Below, in pieces: positions 37,927 to 48,453 of a stretch of 64,000 nucleotides of DNA. Both the position numbers and the translations under genes were made by a program. The notes under the pieces are model-generated. The model had not been told where the DNA came from. It searched no databases and saw only the letters and a program-made list of their open reading frames with translations. The stretch spans positions 641,685 through 705,684 of the forward strand of contig OZ245025.1 of assembly GCA_965223465.1 (NCBI GenBank). The letters run 5' to 3'. The stretch's first letter is position 1. Each line of letters begins with the position of its first letter. The stretch comes from Candidatus Poriferihabitaceae bacterium. Lineage in GTDB: Bacteria; Pseudomonadota; Gammaproteobacteria; Arenicellales; Poriferihabitantaceae.

Positions 37927-38505
37927 ATGCGTCCAATCAAACCAACACTTTGTAGCGCACTTCTGATTATGGCGGTAGCCGTGTCCAACCCGATCTATGC
38001 GCAAACTTCAGCGGTTGGTGGGGATTTCACCCTGATCGATCATCATGGCCAAACCTTTAATCTGAAGCAATTGCGCGGTAAGGTGGTGTTGGTGTTTTTT
38101 GGCTATACCTTTTGCCCGGATATTTGTCCGACCGAGTTGGCCAGTATGGCGCAACTTAACCGCACCCTGGGAACGCAAAAAGATCAGCTCCAGGTGCTAT
38201 TTATTACGGTGGACCCAGCGCGTGATACGCCCGAGCAATTAAAAGAATATGTACGCTTCTTTAGTGAGGATTTAATCGGTCTGAGTGGCTCTGAGCAACA
38301 GATCGAAGCAGTCAAGCAAGCCTATCATGTTCAATCGAAAATTTTTCGCAAACACGCGAGTGATCAAAATTACAGCGTTGATCACAGCGCCAATCTGTAC
38401 GTGATAGACCAGGCGGGTAAATTGGTTAACATCGTGCCCTATGGATTCCCCCTGGCGCACGTCGAGCAAATTGTGCGCGCATTGATTGGCGAGCAGCCGA
38501 CGTAG
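37927..38505 (+). CDS. SCO1/SenC-family copper chaperone
   Basis: FGYTFCPDICPTEL (CxxxC) and DHSANLYVID are SCO1 signatures. The start lies just after the upstream stop. Confidence 0.88.
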   Translation: MRPIKPTLCSALLIMAVAVSNPIYAQTSAVGGDFTLIDHHGQTFNLKQLRGKVVLVFFGYTFCPDICPTELASMAQLNRTLGTQKDQLQVLFITVDPARDTPEQLKEYVRFFSEDLIGLSGSEQQIEAVKQAYHVQSKIFRKHASDQNYSVDHSANLYVIDQAGKLVNIVPYGFPLAHVEQIVRALIGEQPT

Positions 38506-38532
38506 AACCGCATTTCTTGCAGGGGAAAAGCG

Positions 38533-39465
38533 TTATTCCTGCTCCAGCACGTCAAGGATACCCGCGCCGCGTTCTTTGGGTACATCGGTGATGCCACGAA
38601 CCTTGCGACTTTTAGTGATCAACTTGTGGATAGCGGGCATAATGATCAATTCCAGGGCCAGATCAATTTTGGCCCCCGGTACCAGCAGCGTATCCTGGCG
38701 GGTCATTAGTGAGTTGTGTAATAAATTCAATAAATTAGATAGGTCAGGCGTTTCGAAATTCTGAAAATGTATCACCAGAGACATCTCATCTACACTGACT
38801 TTCCCGGTATTGGCGAACGGATCAGAGGTATCAACTTGCGGGATGAGCTGAAAATTAATATGCGTGCGTGAAAATTGCGGGGTTATGTAGTTTACATAAT
38901 CGTGCATGCGATCAAGGATAGATTCCTTGACCTGTGCTTTGGATTTACCACGTGAAGCGGTGTCTCGATGCATTCTGCGAATCCACTCAAGATTCACAAT
39001 TGGGACCACGCCGATGAGTAAATCTGGATATTGCGCAATGTCAATGTCGCCATCAATTGCTGCACCATGCAGGCCGCGGTAGAGGAGTAAATCGGTGTCC
39101 GGGTCCATTTGTGTCCATGGAGTAAAGGTTCCCGGTTTCTGACTGAACTGCGCAGCAGCTGCTTTAGTGTGTAAATAATGTCGGTACACCCCTGTGCCGA
39201 CATTGGCATACTCAAAAAACAGAGAATCTAGTTTATCCAAATGATTACCGGCAGGCGCATAATGCGATAGATGTTCGCCATTCGCCTTCGCCTTCTGCAT
39301 TTCGATCTCCATTTGTTTGCGCGAATAGCGATGAAACGCGTTACCCTGAATAAAGGCTGCTTTGACGCGTTCGCGCCAAAATATATGTTGGAAGGTTTTA
39401 ATTAGTAGGGAACTGCCCCCTCCAGAGGAGCCGGTGACCGCCACGATTGGAAATTCTTCAGACAT
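38533..39465 (-). CDS. prk: phosphoribulokinase
   Basis: PIVAVTGSSGGGSS (P-loop) ...FHRYSR...PGTFTPW...LLYRGLHG is a bacterial class I PRK pattern. Confidence 0.88.
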   Translation of the reverse strand: MSEEFPIVAVTGSSGGGSSLLIKTFQHIFWRERVKAAFIQGNAFHRYSRKQMEIEMQKAKANGEHLSHYAPAGNHLDKLDSLFFEYANVGTGVYRHYLHTKAAAAQFSQKPGTFTPWTQMDPDTDLLLYRGLHGAAIDGDIDIAQYPDLLIGVVPIVNLEWIRRMHRDTASRGKSKAQVKESILDRMHDYVNYITPQFSRTHINFQLIPQVDTSDPFANTGKVSVDEMSLVIHFQNFETPDLSNLLNLLHNSLMTRQDTLLVPGAKIDLALELIIMPAIHKLITKSRKVRGITDVPKERGAGILDVLEQE

Positions 39466-39693
39466 ACTATTTAATTTTCTGATCTAGGAGCAGCGCCGTT
39501 AGGCAAAGCGAGTTTCCAAATTTAATCAACGACATATTCACTAGACGGCCGGTTTTACTGAGCGCTGCATTGTAACGGGTCTTAGCCTAAACTGATCGCT
39601 GAAATATTTTATCCTTCTATTCGGTTTTGGTATGGAGCGGGTATGATCATGATTTTTAGGGCGCTAAGCAGCACGGGCAGCTGCCGGTAATCT

Positions 39694-40479
39694 TTAGAAC
39701 CGTAGCGATAAACAGCTTAGCCCGCCGTCGAGCTTGCGAAACTCTGATGTCTCTACTTCAATGGTGTTATAAGCTGCTGCTTTAATCATTGCCAGCGTCT
39801 TCGGAAAGCCTTTGGGCACTAGCACATTATCATTGATCCACACTGAGTTTGCAGCATAGGATTCGTCTGGACTGATTTCCAAATGTTCGAATGATGCAAA
39901 TTTGGGCTCATCAGCAAATGCGCGGCTTATCAATAGCTTATTGTGTTCTAGATAACTCAGCCCTGTTTTCAAATGCAGCATATCATTCATTTTAGTCGGG
40001 ATGCCCCGCATACCGTAACGCTGTAAAATACCCACTATTTGATCAATACCAGCTTTGTTCGTACGCTTCGATCGGCCGATATAATAATCATCGCCAACCA
40101 TCATAATATCTCCAGCATCTACGGTACCAGGTGGTGCGATTGTCTCAATAGCCGGATAAAAAGCCGAGATGGTATCGCGAATAGTTGCCACTTCGCCTTG
40201 TCTGGTTGTTGCTCCAGGGCGAGTCAAGATCGCGCAGGCCAGCGTCAATAGTGCAACATCTTCCACAAAGGTAGAGTCGGGATATTGTTCATCCGCGGGT
40301 AACACCGTGACGTCCAGGCCGCAACATTGTAAGGCCTCGACGTAATCGCGGTGCTGCCGTAATGCCTTTGCATAATTTGGTTTGCCCAAATTAGCAGTGC
40401 TGATTCCATCAACGAGGTTTTCGCACGGTGTGCGCACTATTGCGTGGGTAAATCGTAACGGTTTTGAGGTGGTCAGCAC
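39694..40479 (-). CDS. N(G),N(G)-dimethylarginine dimethylaminohydrolase-like amidinotransferase-fold protein
   Basis: HAIVRTPCENLVDGISTANLGKPNYAKALRQHRDYVEAL...PDSTFVEDVALL and the C-terminal GGLSCLSLRF (catalytic Cys) are present. The start is GTG. Confidence 0.8.
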   Translation of the reverse strand: MLTTSKPLRFTHAIVRTPCENLVDGISTANLGKPNYAKALRQHRDYVEALQCCGLDVTVLPADEQYPDSTFVEDVALLTLACAILTRPGATTRQGEVATIRDTISAFYPAIETIAPPGTVDAGDIMMVGDDYYIGRSKRTNKAGIDQIVGILQRYGMRGIPTKMNDMLHLKTGLSYLEHNKLLISRAFADEPKFASFEHLEISPDESYAANSVWINDNVLVPKGFPKTLAMIKAAAYNTIEVETSEFRKLDGGLSCLSLRF

Positions 40480-40583
40480 GGGCTATCCCTTCACTATTTA
40501 CTTAAGGGACTTGGCATCTTTCGATTTTTTAAACGCCACACGTTAGTCGATAAATCACGTTTACTCAATGAATAGTTATGGTT

Positions 40584-41843
40584 CTAGAGTTGACCGTCAC
40601 CTGAAATTTCGTTGATACGCGCCATCAAGCCGCGATCCTGGTAGCGCTGGGGCGCGAAATAGGGCGCGTAGTTGGGTAATTTCCCTTCTGCCATAATCTT
40701 CGCGCATAATTCGCCCGCCGCGCAGGCAGACATTGTTCCATAGCCCGCCAGGGCAGCAATTGTATACAGTCCGCGATCTAATTTACCGATAATGGGCAAA
40801 TTCTCGGCGGTTCGGGTGTAATAGCCGCCAAATTCGATTATAGGTCCCGGAGTGGGTTGATCGACGTATTGCTTCAAGCCGGGAATAAACCGGCTGCTGC
40901 CGCGCAGGACAACATCCCTAAATTCAGGATCTTCAGGAATCTCCCAGCGAGGGAGTGATGGCTTGGTATTGTATGCCCAGCCGAGTTTAATTTGCTGGCT
41001 TCCTTCAGGTTTAATATGCAATCCAGCGGGATAGGTTTGCAGTAAATGCAAGTACTGTTCATCGCACTGAATAAGCTCACGCTCTTCGTCGGTCCAATTG
41101 AGTGCCTGTTGGTCCGCATATATTGTAAAGGGCATATCGCGTGGAATAATGCCTGCCGGGTCGGGTATAACAATTTTACGCTGAATTACCGAATAAATCG
41201 GTAGCTCGAACCGGAGCTGATTGACATGTTCAGCGACAAAAGGCCCAGAGCATAGAACGAGCTGATCCGTTTTGAGCGCTTTTTGTTTGGATAAGATAAC
41301 TTCGTATCCACCTGTTTTAATGGGTTTTAATGCTTTTATATCCGCCTGTAATAACTGCACACCGCGACTGCGCGCTTGTTTTAGCAACAGGCTGCCCAGT
41401 GCATAAACATCAATCGTGCCTGCACGCTGGATGTGTATGAGTTGTTGGATATCGGGATCCAGATAGGGTTTTTGTGCGTGAATTAAGGCTTGGTCATCAC
41501 ACAAATCAAATGGTGGCTGGCTTGCAGTTTCAGGCGTACTAAATATGGGCGTTTTCTTTTGGTGGCTAACAAAATCATAGCCAGAAAAACGCATTTTAAA
41601 TGCGTCTGGGTTATCCGCTAATAGTTGCTCCATTAAATCGATGCTATGGCTGACAAAATCGTTCATCCATGGCTGTGGCCAGAACTGGCGAAAATTCTCT
41701 CCCGATTGCGCCGTGGTAAATGAGAGCGGGGTGAGCTTGTCAATCAGGCAGATATTCGCCTGGTGGTATTTTTTGCTGAGATAATAGGCGCAAGCGACGC
41801 CCGCTATACCGGCGCCGCAAATAGTGATGTTTTTGTTTCGCAC
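40584..41843 (-). CDS. FAD-dependent oxidoreductase (DAO family)
   Basis: The N-terminal dinucleotide fold is ITICGAGIAGVACAYYL. The length of 419 aa is typical. Confidence 0.8.
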   Translation of the reverse strand: MRNKNITICGAGIAGVACAYYLSKKYHQANICLIDKLTPLSFTTAQSGENFRQFWPQPWMNDFVSHSIDLMEQLLADNPDAFKMRFSGYDFVSHQKKTPIFSTPETASQPPFDLCDDQALIHAQKPYLDPDIQQLIHIQRAGTIDVYALGSLLLKQARSRGVQLLQADIKALKPIKTGGYEVILSKQKALKTDQLVLCSGPFVAEHVNQLRFELPIYSVIQRKIVIPDPAGIIPRDMPFTIYADQQALNWTDEERELIQCDEQYLHLLQTYPAGLHIKPEGSQQIKLGWAYNTKPSLPRWEIPEDPEFRDVVLRGSSRFIPGLKQYVDQPTPGPIIEFGGYYTRTAENLPIIGKLDRGLYTIAALAGYGTMSACAAGELCAKIMAEGKLPNYAPYFAPQRYQDRGLMARINEISGDGQL

Positions 41844-42010
41844 CCAGGAGGGAAGGCATGTTAAGTACGGCCATTTTAAGAACTGCCAGCCGTGTGTTCA
41901 AGCATTCTTTTACGAAATGCTACTCTCATTAATGTGGACACACGGGCAGTTTTTGTTCATCTCGCTATGGTATGATGACCAGCCTTGTATCCAATCTGGA
42001 GGAAAATCTA

Positions 42011-42760
42011 ATGCGTAAACTTAGCAGGGTATTGTTGTCCGTGATTACCATATTGCTACCATTTCAGGTTTGGTCAGCTGAAGGTAAGGCGGTGCTTTAT
42101 CAGGTCAATGGTGATGATTATGAAGGTTATTATGTCAGTGCTGGAGATGCCGCGCCATTGGTGCTGCTGATGCACGACTGGGATGGTTTAACCGACTATG
42201 AAGTCAAGCGTGCAGGTATGTTAGCTGAAATGGGCTACAGTGTGTTTGCGGCGGATTTGTTTGGCGCAGGGGTTAGGCCAACAGAAAATAAAGATAAAAA
42301 ACAGCATACCGGAGAGCTGTATAAAGATCGTGAAAAGCTACGCGCTTTGATGAACGGTGCCTTAGCACAAGCGGCTGACCTAGGTGGCAATACCAGCAAT
42401 GCGGTGGCCATGGGCTATTGTTTTGGGGGTGCAGCAGTGCTTGAAATGGCACGTTCGGGCGCAGACTTAAAAGGATTTGCCACCTTTCATGGTGGTTTGG
42501 CCACACCAGAAGGGCAGAATTACAGCGCTGCGAAGGGAAGCTACTTAATCATGCACGGCAGTGCTGATACTGCCATAACCATGCAAGATTTTGCCGGGTT
42601 AGCCAATGAATTAGAAGCAGCAGGGCTCGACCATGAAATGGTTTCCTACGGTGGTGCGCCACATGCATTTACGGTGTTTGGCAGTAGCCGCTATCAGGAA
42701 CAGGCTGACACTAAATCCTGGGCCTTGTTTAGCGATTACTTGAATACCACGCTTAACTAA
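42011..42760 (+). CDS. dienelactone hydrolase family protein (secreted)
   Basis: ATG at 42011 has GGAGG upstream. A signal peptide is present, along with GYCFGG (nucleophile elbow) and HGSAD...HAF. Confidence 0.85.
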   Translation: MRKLSRVLLSVITILLPFQVWSAEGKAVLYQVNGDDYEGYYVSAGDAAPLVLLMHDWDGLTDYEVKRAGMLAEMGYSVFAADLFGAGVRPTENKDKKQHTGELYKDREKLRALMNGALAQAADLGGNTSNAVAMGYCFGGAAVLEMARSGADLKGFATFHGGLATPEGQNYSAAKGSYLIMHGSADTAITMQDFAGLANELEAAGLDHEMVSYGGAPHAFTVFGSSRYQEQADTKSWALFSDYLNTTLN

Positions 42761-42870
42761 CCATCAGGATTTGCGATATGTTGGCTTATCCTTACCTTGA
42801 ATAATTTGGGTTTAGTTGGTTGGATGATTGGCTTATTCATTCCCAATCATCCAACCTGAACAAATCAAAT

Positions 42871-43299
42871 CTATTGGGTTGTAGATTTTACCGCCTCACC
42901 GGCATCTTCGGCCATTTCACCCGCTTTTTCTGCTGCTGCAGCGCCTGCTTCTTTGGTTGCGTCAACCGCGTCACCCGCCATTTCCTTTGCGCCCGCGGCC
43001 ATTTCACCCGCTTTTTCTGCTGCTGCAGCGCCTGCTTCTTTGGTTGCGTCAACCGCGTCACCCGCCATTTTTTTGGCGCCTTCGGTCATTTCCCCGGCTT
43101 TTTCTGCAACGACAGCCCCAGCATCTTTAGCGGCCTCGACCGCGCCTTCGGCCATCTTTTTGGTGCCTTCGGCTACTTCCTGTGCACCCTCTGATACTTT
43201 ATTGGCTGCATCTGAGGTTTTATCAGTCGCATCTTCGGCGTTGCCACAGGCGGTTAAACCAGCTGCTACGAGGGTTATAAATACTAAATTCTTCATCAC
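42871..43299 (-). CDS. lipoprotein built from Ala/Glu/Lys-rich 29-aa tandem repeats
   Basis: The lipobox is LVAAGLTAC. The DNA contains two near-identical 87-bp units (starting at 42911 and 42998), with a further partial unit. The protein unit is AEKAGEM..GAK.MAGDAVDATKEAGAAA. Confidence 0.7.
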   Translation of the reverse strand: MMKNLVFITLVAAGLTACGNAEDATDKTSDAANKVSEGAQEVAEGTKKMAEGAVEAAKDAGAVVAEKAGEMTEGAKKMAGDAVDATKEAGAAAAEKAGEMAAGAKEMAGDAVDATKEAGAAAAEKAGEMAEDAGEAVKSTTQ

Positions 43300-43460
43300 G
43301 TAAATTTCCTCAAGGTTATAAACTCATGCCAGTATATTCTATGGTTTATTAATATTCCCTTAAGCTAAATATTAACCCACAGTATGTAATTCCACATCGT
43401 CGAACCAGTATTTTTACGGCTTATTCGCGGCCTTTCGGGATAGTGGTAGCTAAGGTATGT

Positions 43461-44717
43461 TTAACTTAAATCGGATAGCTCTGCTTCAAGTGTTTCGAGT
43501 ACCTGGTCAATTGCTTCTAACTTGCAGGTCCCTACTGAAATTCTAAACCAATTTCCGTAGCTTTGTGCACCAAACCAGGAAAAGGGTAGCACGCCAAGTT
43601 TTACCGAATTGAGTAAATACTGTTGTGCAGCCTCACTATCGGTTAAGAATTGCCCTTGAGCGGTCGTTTTTCCCACCAGGTCAATCTTGACTGTAAGATA
43701 AATAGCAGCTTGAGGTGCGATCGCATCGACTGGGTAACCTTTGTTTTTAAGCGCAATAAAGCCGGTATAAAATCTTTGTAGGCGGTTTTGCAGTTGTTGA
43801 CGAAACTGGGTTAAATAATGGTCCACCGCATCGGTATTGTGTAAAAATTTGCCAGCCGCAACTTGTTCAGGTTTGGGTGCCCAGGCACCAATATGGGCGA
43901 TAAAAGCACGCATTTTGGGTAGTATATGCGCCGGGGCGGTTGCCCAGCCAACCCGAATCCCCGTGCCGGCGAAGGATTTAGATAAGCCGTCGATGAAAAT
44001 AGCGTAGTCCTTTATTTCTGGGCAAACCGACAAAGGATGATAAAACTCAACATCCCCGAATGTTAGCAACCAGTACACTTGATCAAACATAACGTACAAT
44101 GGTTTTGCATCCGCAGCGCGGCGCTTGTTTTCTTCCAGCACCAAATGACAGATGTCTTTCAGTTGTTGACGAGCAAAGACCGTCCCCGTGGGGTTTTGAG
44201 GTGAGCATAGCGCTAATAGGCTGGCATCTTGCAAATGGGGTCGCAGCTCTTCAGCGGTGGGCATAAAATTGTTTTCCGGCGATGTTTCGACCACTACCGC
44301 CTCGGTTCCAGTCAGCAGCGTGTAGTAATCGTTATTCCACGAAGGCGCTGGAAATACGACGGTGTCTCCCGGGTCAACAACGGTCATATAACAGGCGTAA
44401 ATAAGCGGGCGTGAACCACAGGAAATTTGGACTTCATCCGCCTCATAATTCAGGCCGCAAATTCGATTTAGGGTGTCGGCGACGCCTTGGCGTAAACCGG
44501 TATCACCAAAAGCGCCGGGATAATTGGTCTGGTGATCTTCGTATGCCGCGATGGTCTCAGCGCTTAAAAGCTCAGGGATTGGAAAAATATTGGCGTCAAA
44601 ATCCCCAATCGTAAAATTGAAAATTTGCTCTCCTGCCGCCTTTTTCTCGTTAATCTGAGCGGCGATGGTGAGGATGGGTGAAGTAGTAATACTTTCAGCA
44701 AGTTTTGATAGTTTCAT
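43461..44717 (-). CDS. pyridoxal-phosphate-dependent aminotransferase (class I/II)
   Basis: 418 aa, with SPQNPTG and the SKSFAGTGIRVGW (PLP-Lys) motif. Confidence 0.85.
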   Translation of the reverse strand: MKLSKLAESITTSPILTIAAQINEKKAAGEQIFNFTIGDFDANIFPIPELLSAETIAAYEDHQTNYPGAFGDTGLRQGVADTLNRICGLNYEADEVQISCGSRPLIYACYMTVVDPGDTVVFPAPSWNNDYYTLLTGTEAVVVETSPENNFMPTAEELRPHLQDASLLALCSPQNPTGTVFARQQLKDICHLVLEENKRRAADAKPLYVMFDQVYWLLTFGDVEFYHPLSVCPEIKDYAIFIDGLSKSFAGTGIRVGWATAPAHILPKMRAFIAHIGAWAPKPEQVAAGKFLHNTDAVDHYLTQFRQQLQNRLQRFYTGFIALKNKGYPVDAIAPQAAIYLTVKIDLVGKTTAQGQFLTDSEAAQQYLLNSVKLGVLPFSWFGAQSYGNWFRISVGTCKLEAIDQVLETLEAELSDLS

Positions 44718-44979
44718 TATTTATAATCTAGTCGGGCAAAAAGAGTGGATACACGTTTGTTGGGGGAGATTACCCATCCCATCAATGGCTAAGCATCGTC
44801 GATATCGAGTTTAACTTTATAATTCTCAGTAAACCAGCCGTTCGCAGTGCGAAGCGGGTGATTTGATAAAATGTTAATATCAATTCGGACTTGTGCTTGG
44901 GTAAGCCTTGATGTTGCAGTTCTAATGGGTCTGGGGATTCAATTTTTCGCTAAAACTAAAATCGATAGAAGGGGACAGA

Positions 44980-45417
44980 ATGAAAAATAAGATAAGGGTG
45001 CTAATATGCTGTTTGCTACCCATTTATGCCAGCGCAGACGCTGAAATACTCAAATGGGTAGATGAAGATGGTAAGGTTCATTATGGTGATGCTAGACAGA
45101 TGCGAAGTCGGGCCGAAGTGGTAAAAACTAAAATTAGCTCATATGAACACGTAACCATCACCCAATCTAAAAGTGCAGCCGGTAACGATGTGGTGATGTA
45201 TTCAACCACGAGTTGTGGGTATTGCAAACAGGCAAGGCGTTACTTCAAGCAAAACGGTATTGCCTTTGCAGAGCATTTTATTGACAAAGACAGGGCGGCC
45301 AGGCGCACCTACGACAAGCTGGGTGAAAAAGGGGTGCCGGTGATTCTTGTCGGCGATGCACGTATGACGGGGTTTAGTGTTCCAGCGTTTGAAAAATTAT
45401 TTAAAAAAGTAGATTAA
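44980..45417 (+). CDS. DUF4124 / glutaredoxin-domain protein
   Basis: A signal peptide, KWVDEDGKVHYGD (DUF4124) and a glutaredoxin CxxC (YSTTSCGYCKQARRYF) are present. Confidence 0.8.
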   Translation: MKNKIRVLICCLLPIYASADAEILKWVDEDGKVHYGDARQMRSRAEVVKTKISSYEHVTITQSKSAAGNDVVMYSTTSCGYCKQARRYFKQNGIAFAEHFIDKDRAARRTYDKLGEKGVPVILVGDARMTGFSVPAFEKLFKKVD

Positions 45418-45442
45418 AAAAAGCGGCTAACTGCCGCTTTTT
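45416..45442. terminator. bidirectional rho-independent terminator between convergent genes
   Basis: AAAAAAAGCGGCtaactGCCGCTTTTT has an A-run and a T-run flanking a 7-bp stem. Confidence 0.7.
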
Positions 45443-45451
45443 ATTTGATGA

Positions 45452-45904
45452 TTAGATTATTTCCCAACTTCCATCTGGCCGACGACAAGCTGTGCCGTAG
45501 GCATTCTCGCGTCTACCATCGATGGTGACTGAGGACTGATATTCACGACAGTATCTACCCGAGTTAGCCTGGTAGGTACGCGTTGGTGTTACGCTGTAGG
45601 CATTTCCGCTGTCCGGGTTGACCCAACTGGTGGCATACCCGGTACGGCTACTTTCAAGCGCGCGTTGCGTATTCGCTGCATCGAGCGCATCCAGCGACTT
45701 GCCTATATTTGAGCCGGCCATGGCACCTGCGAAAACGCCAACGGCGGTTGCGAGATCTTTACCGCGTCCCCCACCGACTTGATTGCCGACCACGCCACCG
45801 ACTACTGCGCCCATTACTGCGCCAGATTCCTGACGCGATACCGTGCACGCGCTTAGCTGCAATAAAGCCAGCACGAAGGTTGAAACGAATACGATTTTAC
45901 TCAT
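45452..45904 (-). CDS. glycine-zipper (17-kDa surface-antigen-like) outer-membrane lipoprotein
   Basis: The lipobox is LQLSAC. The glycine zipper is GAVVGGVVGNQVGGG...GVFAGAMAGSNIG. The C-terminal domain has conserved CREY...G.ACR.PDGSW. Confidence 0.75.
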   Translation of the reverse strand: MSKIVFVSTFVLALLQLSACTVSRQESGAVMGAVVGGVVGNQVGGGRGKDLATAVGVFAGAMAGSNIGKSLDALDAANTQRALESSRTGYATSWVNPDSGNAYSVTPTRTYQANSGRYCREYQSSVTIDGRRENAYGTACRRPDGSWEII

Positions 45905-46059
45905 TGCAAACTCCCAAATATTTTATTAACAACATGCTGCGACTTTACGGCCATATGGCTGTCGCTAATGTGAATAACTAATGGTTTATGCAACACGATT
46001 GCGCCATGATTGCGCCATAAATAGGGCTTGGCGAATACCCCTATTGTAGGTGTTATCCC

Positions 46060-47772
46060 TTACAGATTTTCCTTAATAAACGTCGCAACCTCATCAACTG
46101 CGACATCCTGCTTTTTACCACTGGATCGATTAGCGTATTCGATGACGCCTCTTTCCAGTGCTCGATCACCAACGGTAAGACGGTGGGGGATGCCAATAAG
46201 CTCCATATCTGCAAACATCACGCCTGGGCGTTCTTTGCGATCATCCAGCAAGACCTCAACACCGGTTTCCTTCAGCGCCTGATATAGTGCGTCGGCCTGG
46301 CGCTTTACTGCGTCGGATTTGGCGTACCCAATGGCGACGATGGCGATCATGAAAGGTGCAATCGCTGGTGGCCAGAGGATGCCGCGATCATCATGATTTT
46401 GTTCGATCGCTGCTGCGACAATGCGCGTGATGCCGATTCCATAACATCCCATTTGCATGGTTACCGTCTTACCTTGTTCGTCCAAAACGCTTGCCCCCAA
46501 GGCCTTGCTGTATTTGGTACCGAGTTGAAATATATGGCCGACCTCAATACCGCGCTTGATCTCCAGCGTGCCCTCACCATCCGGGCTGGCATCGCCTTCA
46601 ACCACATTACGCAAATCCGCGGCCATCGGTTCGTCCGCATCGCGTCCCCAGTTGATACCAAAATAATGTTTATCTTCAATGTTTGCGCCCGCCCCAAAAT
46701 CACTCATACGCGCGACTTCATGGTCAGCAATGATAGGTAACGGCATGTTAACCACACCAAGAGAACCAGGGCCCGCACCAATTGCGGCACGAATTTCATC
46801 TTCCGTGGCGAATTCAAGTGGTTGTGCGACTTGTGCCAGTTTTGAGGCTTTAAATTCATTCAAATCCCGATCACCCCTGACCAACAATGCAACCAAATCC
46901 GCATCTGTATCATCTGACGCCTTGACTACCAGTGTCTTAATGGTTTTCTCAATGGGCAGCTTATAATTTTCGACCAGCGCCTTGATGGTCTTGGTGTTAG
47001 GGGTGTCGACTAATCTTAATGCTTCTTGTGGTGCTGCTCGCTCAGCAATCGTGGGAATGGCCTCTGCCATTTCGATATTAGCGGCGTAACCAGATTTGGT
47101 TGAAAAGGCGATATCATCTTCACCGGACTCTGCCAATACATGAAATTCATGTGAAGCATCGCCACCGATACTGCCCGAGTCGGCTACCACTGCACGATAA
47201 TTGAATCCAATTCGATCAAATACACGAACATAGGCATCGTGCATGATTTGATATGATTTCTGTAACGCTTTTTCTGAAATATCAAAGGAATATGCATCTT
47301 TCATGATAAATTCACGAGATCGCATTATGCCAAATCGGGGGCGTACCTCATCACGAAATTTAGTCTGAATCTGATACAGGTTCACCGGCAATTCACGGTA
47401 ACTGCGAATCTCATGTTTCGCCAGCTGCGTAATCACCTCTTCATGCGTGGGGCCGAGGCAAAATTCACGATCATGTCGGTCGTTGAGGCGCAATAGTTCT
47501 GGCCCGTATTCCTCCCAGCGACCTGAATCCTGCCAGATTTCAGCCGGTTGCACGACCGGCATCATTACCTCCTGGGCTCCTGCGGCATCCATTTCTTCGC
47601 GCACAATGGCTTCGACCTTGCGCAATACCTTAATACCTAATGGCAGCCAAGTGTATATACCCGAGGCGAGGCGTCGAATCATGCCCGCGCGTAGCATTAG
47701 TTGATGACTGATTACCTCCGCATCAGAGGGGGTTTCCTTTAAGGTGGCAAGTAAAAGCTGGGAGGTACGCAT
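46060..47772 (-). CDS. proS: proline--tRNA ligase
   Basis: [44 protein letters not shown] is the canonical bacterial ProRS. The 570 aa include the INS editing domain. Confidence 0.97.
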   Translation of the reverse strand: MRTSQLLLATLKETPSDAEVISHQLMLRAGMIRRLASGIYTWLPLGIKVLRKVEAIVREEMDAAGAQEVMMPVVQPAEIWQDSGRWEEYGPELLRLNDRHDREFCLGPTHEEVITQLAKHEIRSYRELPVNLYQIQTKFRDEVRPRFGIMRSREFIMKDAYSFDISEKALQKSYQIMHDAYVRVFDRIGFNYRAVVADSGSIGGDASHEFHVLAESGEDDIAFSTKSGYAANIEMAEAIPTIAERAAPQEALRLVDTPNTKTIKALVENYKLPIEKTIKTLVVKASDDTDADLVALLVRGDRDLNEFKASKLAQVAQPLEFATEDEIRAAIGAGPGSLGVVNMPLPIIADHEVARMSDFGAGANIEDKHYFGINWGRDADEPMAADLRNVVEGDASPDGEGTLEIKRGIEVGHIFQLGTKYSKALGASVLDEQGKTVTMQMGCYGIGITRIVAAAIEQNHDDRGILWPPAIAPFMIAIVAIGYAKSDAVKRQADALYQALKETGVEVLLDDRKERPGVMFADMELIGIPHRLTVGDRALERGVIEYANRSSGKKQDVAVDEVATFIKENL

Positions 47773-47945
47773 GTTGAATTGCTGGCCTGAAAATAAAGCA
47801 GGTTAGTCTAACTGAATGCGCTTCCTGCACCAAGCATGGTTGGGTTTAGATTGCGTAATATTTTAAATGATGCACCGCTTCTCTCGATCAAAGCGTATGG
47901 GACAACGTTTATTCGGGGGAAATAACCCTATTTGCTGGACTGATC

Positions 47946-48392
47946 TTAAGTAAATTCCTTACGATAGAAAATACGATTTAAACCGTCTTCCTTCCAGCGG
48001 CCAAATTCGGTGTAGCCTCTGGCGGGATAAAAATGAGTACTTTCCGTCATTTCTTCGTTAATGAATAATTCTACTTTATTCAAACCCAGCGCTTGAGAAA
48101 GCTCTTCTGCGTATTCTATCAATCGACTGCCATAGCCCTTGCTTTGTAGCTCTGGGAATACCGCGACGCTTTCAATATGGATGTAATCTTCCTGCCGATA
48201 GAATACGATAAAACCGACTACCTGGCCTTCATCTTCCATCACATACAGGGTTTGTTCCGTGATGTGATCTTCGTAATCTGCAACCATGGGCGCGGGTTTC
48301 TGGCCGATGCGTGAGACATACATTTCGTATGATTTATAGGCACAATCTTCGATAACCGGCAGGTCGGATAATTTTGCTAGTCGGATAGTCAT
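47946..48392 (-). CDS. GNAT-family N-acetyltransferase
   Basis: The acetyl-CoA motif is VAVFPELQSKGYGSRLIEYAE. Confidence 0.85.
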   Translation of the reverse strand: MTIRLAKLSDLPVIEDCAYKSYEMYVSRIGQKPAPMVADYEDHITEQTLYVMEDEGQVVGFIVFYRQEDYIHIESVAVFPELQSKGYGSRLIEYAEELSQALGLNKVELFINEEMTESTHFYPARGYTEFGRWKEDGLNRIFYRKEFT

Positions 48393-48453
48393 ACGGCGTA
48401 TCCTACTAGAATTCTTTAGTAAATTGTCAAGTAATCCGTACAGTCTTTCTCGG

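Noticed and set aside
39498-39591. GTTAGGC ... GCCTAAA in the prk/DDAH intergenic region, which looked like integron core sites.
   Set aside because: The boxes are in the wrong relative order for an attC on either strand. There is no cassette-like ORF context and the surrounding composition is normal. It is probably coincidental.
42820-43303. Plus-strand ORFs of 124 and 116 aa opposite the repeat lipoprotein gene.
   Set aside because: These are low-complexity Ala/Ser/Phe-rich translations of the antisense strand of an 87-bp tandem repeat. The minus-strand frame has a lipobox and a coherent repeat structure.
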